A DNA stretch of 51,224 nt, filler included, from Bipalium vagum (lineage: Eukaryota), in NCBI GenBank assembly GCA_037834085.1. It is 3 parts of 3 records of this genome, joined end to end, with 100 filler letters (N's around TTAATTAATTAA, not from the genome) between each part and the next. Parts side by side here need not be neighbours in the genome. Positions count along the whole stretch, not along the records: positions 19,888 to 35,443 come from JBBMKC010159959.1; positions 35,544 to 51,224 come from JBBMKC010152240.1; 1 more part is not named here. The stretch is one strand, 5' to 3'. Shown here in pieces: positions 27,401 to 36,506 of this stretch (positions within the stretch are counted from its first letter, which is position 1; each line of letters opens with the position of its first letter). A program made the translations under genes and the position numbers. The notes beneath the pieces are model-generated. The model was given only the letters and a program-made list of their open reading frames with translations. It ran no database searches and was not told where the DNA came from.

Positions 27401-27844
27401 ATGAAAATATGTAGAATCCAATGATGATTACTTCAATTAAATAAAAATTTGATTTAATTGGACTTTTACTGATTTTTTGTTTATCTTATAAGTGGACGTT
27501 TCATATTTTACAACCTAATATTGGCGTTTGAATAAACTTTCAATCAACCACATGCGCCTTGTGACCCGAATCTGTCTGATTCGATAGATTTGCTCATTTT
27601 TAACATATAATTTTTTAGTCGGAAAGCAATCAGCACTTAAAATTAACATTTTTATTATTATCAAGCTCAACAAGCCACCAATGCTCCTGGTTATTTTGCT
27701 ACAATTTTATATCAAGCAATGAAAGGCGTCGGTACCAACGATAATGCTTTGATAAGAATAATACTGACGCGAAGTGAGGTAAGAGTTTAATTTTTATCGA
27801 TCTTTTATCGTGTCAAGTTGACATAGTTTATTTCCATAATAGAC

Positions 27845-27917
<73 letters not shown>

Positions 27918-30900
27918 GATTGAAATTTGAACAAAGAAGAACTTATTATTTATTATTATGATTTATCTGATGATTTTAAACAAATAACATTTGATGGAAC
28001 ATTAATAAATTTGATTGTTATTATTTTAAAATAATTATTATTACTATTATTATCACTATCATTCCATATATTCATATGTATTTTCCAATGGTATAATTTT
28101 TGAAAATATTAGCCTTAAGATTTCAAAGGATTGAACAAAAGAAATAAAAATTTTAATATTAACTACATTCAAAAAGAGTTTAAATTTAAATCAGAAATTT
28201 TTGCAAATAAAATATCTTTGATTTTTTAAAATTTTTCTTTTTTCTTTCATTTTTTTATTATTTCTCTATTATTTTATATTATCAATTAAAATAATGTATT
28301 TTAAGTATATTTAACAAAATTTCTGAATCAACAATAACATGAAAATCAATAATAAAAAATGTCTACATGATTTTTATACCCAAGATACAAATATAAGTAC
28401 CTCATGTAACTTGATGCGTAGATTTCAAATATCCTAACAATTTTATTATATTATTAATATTATTATTATTTAATAAATAAACTACTTTCATAGGTATTTT
28501 AATTTATTTCCAAAAGTTTTACTTTTTGTTTAAATTAATGTGTTTTAAAATAAACAAATAAAATGAATTTTATTTCTGACTGTAACCATTATTGCCCTCT
28601 CACGACTTTTATGCTATTACATTTCAATAGTAAAAATTGTTACAAGATTATCCATTATTGGTCGTCTCAGTAAATATTGAAAGAATATCCTGGGAAATTC
28701 TTGTCCAGCAATTTGGTCCAGTAGGATTAATATATCTCTGTAACATGATCAAAGACTATTAAATGCAATTAGACTTCACATCTGTTAATAACATATTTCG
28801 TTAATTGAAATAAAGTAGCAATTGGGTATTTTAATTATAATATTATTATTGTGATTATAATATAAATAATAAATTAATAAATTCAAATGAAACCCTTAAG
28901 ATTAAGGTCTCAAAGATCAATTGGTCGGGGTATTAAGGGTTCAATGTTATCATTTAATATCCCTTTTTGAAAATTGATAGCCATACTTTTAGAGCCATCA
29001 GCATCAATTTTCTCTTTTAAATCGGGCATGAAAGTTTCATTCCTTTTTGAGTCAAAACGTTTGATGTGCCATTTTTTTGCATTTATATTGTCCGTGCCCT
29101 GATATTCCTTAAATCTTTTGACGAGTTTGTATACTTTTGTCTTACTTTATTGGGTAGTCTAAAAAGTTTCCGCCGATTCTGTTAATAGTCGGTGAAAATG
29201 TTCTTTATTTAGTTTGATTGAAATTGATTTTGTTTTAATATATCATTTTAAAATTTATTATAATCCTAGCATTCCAATAACTTTAAAAATTAGGCATTTT
29301 GATTAATTAATAAAATTTTATTCATCTTTAGAAATGGATATAAATAAAAAAGAAATGCGATACATAATGAAATTTTTCTTATTGAAAGGTAAAAATACTA
29401 TACAGGTGGTAACTAAAAAGATTAATGTTGTTTATGGAGCGGATACTGTTTCGCGAAATTTCGTTCCGGAAATTTTGATGTCAAAGACGCACCTCGTCTG
29501 ACCGACCAATCTGTGAAAAAGTCGATAAAATAATTAGGAAGGTTGAAGAAGACAGGAATATAAGCAGCCACGAAATAGCCCAGGAATTGGGGATTCATCA
29601 TCAAACAGTTTAAAATCATTTGGAGAAATGTGGATATACAAAGAAACTGGATGTATGGATACCGCATAATTTGATTAAAAAGAATTTGAAAGACCGAATT
29701 TCAATATGCCAAACATTGTTGAATAAAAGCATGATCAATCCATTTTTGAAAGGTCTTATTACATGTGACTAAAAATGGTTCAAGTACGATAATAACATAC
29801 GAAAAAGTCTTGGACAAACTGTGGCGAAACCAAAAATGACTTCTAGGAATTTAATTCTCTGTGTCTGGTGGGATTACAGGGGAATAGTCCATTATGAATT
29901 ACTCCAATCAGGACAAAAAACAACTCAGTTATCTACTGTGAACAGTTGACAAGAGTACATCAGGAAATTGCAAGAAAGCGTCCCGAATTAATCAATGGGA
30001 AAGGTATTGTGTTTCACCATGACAACGCCAGACCACATGTATCTTTCATGACGCAGCAAAAATTGAGGGATGTTGATTGGTAAATTTTGTTGCATCCTCC
30101 ATATAGTCCTGATATAGCACCGTCAGATTGTCATCTTTTTCGTTCATTGTAGAACTCCCTTAATGGTGTAAAACTAAATTCAAAAGAGGATTGCGAAAAA
30201 CACTTATCTCACTTTTTTGCCAATAAATCAAAAAAGTTTTACAGTGACAGAATTCTTGCTATACCGAAAAAATGGCAAGACATTTTGGTAATTATGTAAT
30301 TTAATAAAATTTTCGATTCGACTTTATTTTTATAACTTTTTCATTTTACCAAAATCGGCGGAAACATTTTAGACTACCCAATATATAAAAATAAATATTG
30401 TTTTTCAATTTCTAAGCCTTTTGATTGGTCTGTTATTGTAATATTACGAGAACCACAATAATGCAATGATAAAAAGAACGCATCGATAAGTACAGAAAAG
30501 CATATAAAAGTCATAATCAATAAATAGAGATAAAAAATTAAATTTAGATGTGAATATATGAAAAAATTTCAAATCAAAACTGGATTAATAAGTCATTTAA
30601 AATTAAAAAATCATAATGAACAATTAAAAAATAATTAAGAATATTATAATAAATATTTAAGCAAATATCAAAATCGATTATCTTTATTATAATAAAGAAA
30701 TGCTTCATGATGAATTTAAAAAATATTATTATAATATTGAAAATCAAAGGTTGTAAAATTGAATTACCTAAAGAAACTAATAACAAAAATATTATAAAAA
30801 TATCTTGAAGTAAATAATAAATTTAAATATCAGATATTAATACAATGAAAAAGTTCAACAGCAAAAATACAAAAATAGCACCGGGTTACATGGCATGTAA

Positions 30901-31147
30901 AGTTGCAGTTTGTGACCTTTAACATTTGTTCACAAATTTGTATTTTATATAATTTCCATTCTATGTGTTTTGATGATTTACGAGAGGTGCTGTTGGCGGA
31001 AATTTTAACTTTGCTTTTTAGATTGATCTGGAGAATATTAAGACGGAATTTCAAAAGCAATATGGAAAAAGTCTTGAGAGTTTTGTAGAAAATGACACGT
31101 CCGGAGACTATCGGAAATATCTAATGCGATTTGTGATAGGAAATTAA
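21434..31147 (+). CDS. Annexin with four annexin repeats; start codon unresolved
   Basis: Exons 21434-21572, 21637-21731, 22987-23191, 23646-23811, 23872-23962, about 24375-24450 (5' edge in an N gap), 27666-27778 and 31022-31147 splice in phase. Repeat motifs are KAMKGIGTDE...[17 protein letters not shown]...SETSGFY, GEKRLGTDE...REMSGDL and [10 protein letters not shown]...IILTRSEIDL...[18 protein letters not shown]. Confidence 0.95.
21936..22374 (+). mobile_element. Internally deleted mariner element (3' transposase remnant, both TIRs, TA target duplication)
   Basis: Ends are TA|TAAGGTCTACAAATTGAAAAGGT and CACCTTTTCAATTTGTCGACCTAA|TA. The remnant reads [10 protein letters not shown]...[12 protein letters not shown]...CINSNGDYF. 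Confidence 0.88.
24113..24375. other. Scaffold gap (N run) within annexin intron 5, covering the exon 6 acceptor
   Basis: A run of N; annexin coding sequence resumes immediately after it. Confidence 0.95.
24490..25722 (+). mobile_element. Decayed pogo/Tigger-like DNA transposon
   Basis: Inverted termini AAGTTTTCCCTATAAGCGAC and GTCGCTTATAAAGAAAATTT, with repeated subterminal TAAGCGA motifs. The interior has purine-rich plus-strand remnants (DNAS motif, acidic tail) and no intact ORF. Confidence 0.55.
25860..26580 (-). mobile_element. Decayed DD37D/maT-like transposase fragment
   Basis: Minus-strand remnants ETAWFHI...LNTRN (resembling FSDEAWFHL...VNSQN) and [10 protein letters not shown]. 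Heavily frameshifted. Confidence 0.45.
26630..27518 (+). mobile_element. Internally deleted mariner element, same family as 15364-16500
   Basis: TIRs are TA|TTGGGTTGTAACATATGAAATTTCC and GGACGTTTCATATTTTACAACCTAA|TA. Remnants WKLKHNAA...[20 protein letters not shown] and YPPYSP parallel the 15.4-16.5 kb copy. Confidence 0.88.
27847..27917. repeat. (TTA)n microsatellite
   Basis: Perfect TTA run in annexin intron 7. Confidence 0.95.
28880..29147 (-). mobile_element. N-terminal (HTH) fragment of a DD37D/maT-like transposase
   Basis: The minus strand reads [15 protein letters not shown]...[22 protein letters not shown], resembling the maT/Tc1 paired-HTH region. It is cut by the mariner at 29150. 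Confidence 0.45.
29150..30381 (+). mobile_element. Near-full-length mariner (DD34D, mellifera-like), transposase pseudogenised
   Basis: TIRs are TA|TTGGGTAGTCTAAAAAGTTTCCGCCGATT and AATCGGCGGAAACATTTTAGACTACCCAA|TA. From 29334 it reads [21 protein letters not shown]...[34 protein letters not shown] and [19 protein letters not shown], with stops and deletions. Confidence 0.95.
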
Positions 31148-31654
31148 TGTTAAGATGGTCACATTCTTCTTTACTTCTCTTATATCAGATATATGGATTC
31201 TTAACCACAGTCTTATAACAATTTTTATTATTAAGTTATAAAACGAATTTTATGTCAAATATAATATAACTATTACTTGTTTTTTTTATTTTTCTATATA
31301 AATATTTGGTATTTAATAAAATGATAATGATAACCCCCTCTAACTTTATATTAGTGTAAAAATACAATACCAAAATAATTAAATAGAAACAAAATGTATA
31401 AAAGTTTTATGAAAATATATTTAAGTAAATTCAAAATTTGAAAAGGTTTTATAACCATAAAAATGTCACTGTTTCTGCATTTAATGTCAGAAATATTTAT
31501 TTTAATAAAAAATTATTTGTATTTGTTTAAATGTTCAATACATTGAAACAATATGAACAAAAAATAACCTTCCTAAATTTTCATTCCAATTTCAATTTAT
31601 GAAACAAAATTCGTTACAATATCATTAAAATTTTCTATTTTCCTTTCTAAAAAA

Positions 31655-31960
31655 TATAATAATAATAATAATATTAATATTAATAATGATATTAATAATA
31701 ATATTATTAATAATATTATTAATATTATTTTTAATATTAATATAATTATTATTAATATTATTTTTAATATTATTATTAATATTATTATTAATATTATTAT
31801 TAATATTATTATTAATATCATTATTAATATTATTATTAATATTATTATTAAAATTATTATTAATATTATTTTAATTAATATTATTATTAATATCATTATT
31901 AATATTATTTTTATTAGTATTATTTTTATTTTTATTAGTATTATTTTTATTTTTATTTTT
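31655..31960. repeat. AT-only minisatellite, unit about AATATTATTATT (12 bp)
   Basis: Tandem degenerate 12-mer; it generates the spurious poly-Ile/Leu ORF 31597-31896. Confidence 0.9.
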
Positions 31961-32599
31961 GAGAAGCTTCACAAATGATTTTTCTATTGAATAAAAACTT
32001 TTGCATAATATAAATTGGTAAAATATAATATTAGGTTTCCTTTATTTCTTACTTAATCAATAATGTCCCTTAGATTTAGTCATGTAATATGAAAGTTTTC
32101 TTTATACATCAATTATTTTTTCTTTATTTCTCATTATTATTTGTATAAGATTAAATACAAAAGTAAGATTAGAAAAGAAATGAGCCTTTCATGTATGTTG
32201 ACAAAATTTTGCTAAGTTTCAAAGGAAACCTTGTTTATTTTTAAAATGATATCATAAATTATTTCTAATTGGTACATTATTTAAAATAATAGTAACAAAA
32301 CCGATTTTTATAAAAAGGTAAAACTTTTTTTCGGAAGCTTTTTCAAGAAGCACGATTTAATTTTTGAATGAAACTGTCAAATTTAATTTACAATTTTTTT
32401 CAGAAGAGGCCCTGCATTTCAAAATTACACTCTGAATATTTTGACCTTAAAAGAACATTAACAATCAATCTTTAATTAGTAGGGAGTCTCGTTTTAGTGT
32501 TAATTTTCCGTATTGACCAGGCTTCACCCATAATTTTTTTTCTTTTCGGATTTTCATAAAATAATCAATTTTTCATCATAATTAATAATTATATGTAAA

Positions 32600-33050
32600 C
32601 AGGACCTTCTCTTTTGCTTGCTGAGTTGAGTCTGACAAATGTCTAATCGTTTTAAAGATATCTGTTTCTTTCAATTGATGAGACAACCATTTCTCGACTC
32701 TCTGTTTTTATCAAATGGCTTTTAATCGTCGATTTTGGTAAATTTATTTACATTAATGACTAACATTATTTCAATTTTTTGAGATCAATCTTTGATCAAA
32801 AGCTTTTCCAAATCTTCATCTGAAAAGTGCATGGTTGACCTGGACGTCTATCCCGCAAATCAATCAAGCATTTTGAATTGCCGAAACCAATCTCGACAGC
32901 TTGTTTCAGGCATAATATACTTGACATAATCTTCAAAATGCATCCTATGACTTTCTGCAACACTTCTTTTGAAATGAAAACAATCATACAATGCCTTTCG
33001 AAAATGTTTTTGGAATAAAACTGGTCACATTAAATTATCGCTGATAATCT
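32600..33050 (-). mobile_element. Possible decayed Tc1/IS630-like transposase N-terminal fragment
   Basis: Minus-strand LIDLRDRRPGQPCT, then frameshifted FSDEDLEKLL, resembles the GRP linker and second HTH of Tc1-like transposases. Confidence 0.35.
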
Positions 33051-33483
33051 TAATAAATTAGTTAATTAAAACAAACAGCGAGAATTAGTTAAAATATCTA
33101 ATACACGTTCTTTATTTTTCGGAAATGTGATGAAATCAATTGCTAGACATGTACGCTTTGTAAAAGACAACAAAACAATTTTGGAAACCAAATGTTATGT
33201 TGGACCGGGTGCAGTACATATTTTTAAATTTCAATTATTTTTTGGCTTGTTCTCAAAAGTGAAAATAGACATTGTAAGGTAATCCAAGCTGTGGGTGCCA
33301 AGCATGAGTTGAGCTTTGTAAAATATGCTGACGCAAAGTTCGTTGGAGACGTTAAAGAAATTAGGTTTCCTTCATTCCCAAAATACTTATAAAAATATTT
33401 AGTTCTTTAATATATATGATAATTACAGTATTAAAAATTTTAATACCATTAAATATTATTAAATAATAATAAATAAAATTTTA

Positions 33484-33567
33484 AGTGAAAATACATACCT
33501 TCACATGCGCATGGACTGCTCTGACCGCTGAGCTACATCTCCCAACTAATTTTCAATTTATCTCACA
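33484..33567 (-). repeat. tRNA-like-headed repeat, copy 2 (tRNA-Ala-like 5' part; SINE-like or tRNA pseudogene)
   Basis: Minus strand: TGTGAGATAAATTGAAAATTAGTTGGGAGATGTAGCTCAGCGGTCAGAGCAGTCCATGCGCATGTGAAGGTATGTATTTTCACT. The A-box and D-arm are intact. There is no GGTTCGA B-box and no 3' acceptor strand. Confidence 0.7.
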
Positions 33568-33598
33568 GTATATATCTAACAATATAAAACAGAATGTT

Positions 33599-33965
33599 TT
33601 AAATAAATTCTTTTCTTGATAAACTTATATCAATATGTTTTCTCATATTCCTGTACCAGCCACTAAAATCAGCATCTTCATTGTTCAATATATTATTGAC
33701 TCGATCTTTTAACTTATTACGGTTGGCATTTGACACAGGTTGTGCTAACTTTAATTTTAAATAACTAAAGTATTCCTCTAAAGGATTTAGTTGTGGTGAA
33801 CAAGAAGGAATAAAACGATGGCCCATATCTTTTTCATTTAACAAATTTATGACTTCCTTTCGATGATGGAATCAACAATTATCCATAACTAACACACATT
33901 GGATATAAGATTTGAAATGGTCAGCCAGTTTTGTTTTGTATACATTCCATAAAACTATCACCATT
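33599..33965 (-). mobile_element. IS630/Tc1-like DDE transposase, C-terminal fragment
   Basis: CVLVMDNC*FHHRKEVINLLNEKDMGHRFIPSCSPQLNPLEEYFSYLK matches the DDE_3 motifs MDNxxFH and FLPxYSPxLNPIE. Confidence 0.85.
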
Positions 33966-34436
33966 GAATAGTTTTTAATATATTTATGCATAAAGCTTTA
34001 ATATGTAAAATATTTAGAAAAATATTTATTTTTAATAATTAAAAGAAAATCATGAAGGACACTTAATAATGAATATAATTAAAAAAAAATAAGAACAAGA
34101 ATAATAACGAAAACTTAGCGGTAAACTCCAAAATATCCCGTCACGAATAGTAAAATAATAGGTGGATCATTAAAATTTTAATTAATTATTATATTATTAA
34201 AAATATTTTTCTTAATAATAATAAATATAATATATATAAATATATATATAAATATATATATAAATATATAAATATAATAATAAATATGCAACAATTTTAT
34301 TATATATAACAATTTATACTTTTATTTTATATTTTTTAATTGTTAAACTTTTACTTGATGTGAATGAAATGATAAAATATAAATAAGAAATAATATTCTT
34401 TTGTCAACACATTCATTTATTATGGACCACGTGAAA

Positions 34437-34590
34437 NNNNNNNNNNNNNNNNNNNNNNNNNNNNNNNNNNNNNNNNNNNNNNNNNNNNNNNNNNNNNNNN
34501 NNNNNNNNNNNNNNNNNNNNNNNNNNNNNNNNNNNNNNNNNNNNNNNNNNNNNNNNNNNNNNNNNNNNNNNNNNNNNNNNNNNNNNNNNN
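34437..34590. other. Scaffold gap (N run)
   Basis: A run of N. Confidence 0.95.
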
Positions 34591-35374
34591 ACAAATAAAA
34601 CTAATGTAAATAAATAAACATTTCACTCATCACAAAAAAAATAATATTTGATCCATCCGTAAATAAATAAATAATGATATATAAAAGAAAATTACATTAC
34701 AAAAGTTACTTTTTATTGTAGAGTCTAATGCAAAAGTTATGGATAAAATATTTTCCTTGTAACAGTAGAAATACATTCCCATTAATTATTTTTAAAATAA
34801 ATATTTGTTTTAGTAAAGTCACTTTTCTAAAAAAATAATGCTGTTATTGGGAATAATAATTTTTACTCAGTAAATAATATATTTATGTTTATAATTTAAA
34901 GTTTAATCTATTCAATTCAACCATCTAAACTGTGGTCTTTTGAAGTTATTTCCCCTGATAATTTTAAATTTTTCCTGTAACAAAAACCTAATATTATTAG
35001 AGGAAATATAGATAAATTTTGATTTTTAATTATTTTTCAAGATTTTCAATCTGATTACCTCTCAAAGATGATACTGATTTGCCGAGAGAGGTTTTTGTTT
35101 TAATTAAAAATAAGTCATTTCGGTATGGAGAAAATAATTGAATTATCATATTAATATTTTAATTCATTTATTTATATCCATTTATTTATTTTACCATTAT
35201 AAATATTATTCACTACCAATTGTACACATTGTTTTTTAACTACAATTTTATTTTTTTTATTTGCAAGTTGTAAACAACAAATCGAATTAAATTATTTTTA
35301 TTTTATTATTAACGAATTTAAGAATATTATTTTTAGAAAATCAATAATATATATTAATAATAATAGTAATAATA

Positions 35375-35443
35375 ATAATAATCATAATAATCATAATAAT
35401 CATAATAATCATAATAATCATAATAATCATAATAATCATAATA
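35375..35443. repeat. (AATCATAAT)n 9-bp tandem repeat at contig end
   Basis: Tandem 9-mer grading out of an (AAT)n run. Confidence 0.9.
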
Positions 35444-35543
35444 NNNNNNNNNNNNNNNNNNNNNNNNNNNNNNNNNNNNNNNNNNNNTTAATTAATTAAN
35501 NNNNNNNNNNNNNNNNNNNNNNNNNNNNNNNNNNNNNNNNNNN
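35444..35543. other. Artificial contig-join spacer (N44-TTAATTAATTAA-N44)
   Basis: Identical in structure to 19788-19887. Confidence 0.95.
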
Positions 35544-36332
35544 GGATTGAGACTGAGGAAGGAGTGACGCGAACGGCAGAGAAAGTGTACAGATTTTTAA
35601 AGAAGCAGTTTGAGATTGAAAATTGTAAGCAAGTTAATGCGATTGCAGAGAGTGAAGAGACAATTATCTGGTATGACAGAATGCATTGGCGTCCAAGTGT
35701 GAGAATTAAAGTGCAGGATTTGGAATTGGATATTCTTTTGGATACGGGAGCAGGAATTAATTAATTAATTACGAAGATTGCCCAGACATTGACAGATGTT
35801 AAAATCCAACGGTATGGTGAAAAACTAAGATGTGCAAACGACAGTTATTTAGAGACACGAGGGTCAATAAACGTAGAGGTCAGCGTTGGTCAAGTTAAAA
35901 AAGTTGTAAAATTCATAGTTGTAGAAAGTGTCACCCCTGAATTGATAGGTCGTATGGAGTTTCTTAAAAAATTCGGATATGTTTTGAAGCAACAATATGA
36001 AAGTAAAACCAACGTGGAAGATTTGAGCAACATGCTGTGTAATGTAGAAGGAAAAAACATACAATAAGAACGAAAGGTGAGCCAATTAATTTAAAACCAT
36101 TTAGGCAACCAATGAATTTAGAAGAAAAGAAAAAAAAACGAGACGATAAAGAATCTTTATGATAATAATATCATCGGAAAATCTAGTTCTTTGTGGAACA
36201 CCCCATTGATATGCGTTTGGAAAAAAGAGAAGAAAGACATTCAGATTTGTCAGTCGTTGGTGGACGTCCACTTCTTTATCATCAATCTGAGTAGTTGCTC
36301 TACATTGCGATAAATTTTAGAAAACTGAATAA
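35544..36332 (+). mobile_element. Ty3/gypsy LTR retrotransposon pol fragment (aspartic protease plus start of RT), pseudogenised
   Basis: LDILLDTGAGIN is the retropepsin active site, followed by LRCANDSYL...FIVVESVTPELIGRMEFLKKFG. Downstream are PINLKPFRQP...NNIIGKSSSLWNTPLICVWKKEKKDI and NFRKLN, the gypsy RT N-terminus. Frameshifts and stops are present. Confidence 0.9.
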
Positions 36333-36506
36333 ATTATTTAAGATTTCAGATATTTTAAATTTTTATTATTTAATTAACAATAATCAATACATCTTGAAAT
36401 TATAAAGAAATATATTTTTACAAGTCTTTTATTTCATTAATACATTACCATGATTTTGATAATAAGCAACTTTGTTTAAATATTTTGAAAATATTAATTG
36501 AAATTA

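Noticed and set aside
31597-31896. 99-aa Ile/Leu-rich ORF resembling a membrane protein
   Set aside because: It is the translation of the AT-only 12-bp minisatellite.
33495-33545. Functional tRNA-Ala gene or spliced-leader RNA gene
   Set aside because: There is no T-arm/B-box or acceptor pairing, and no convincing Sm site or stem-loops after the donor-like GTATGT. Kept only as a repeat.
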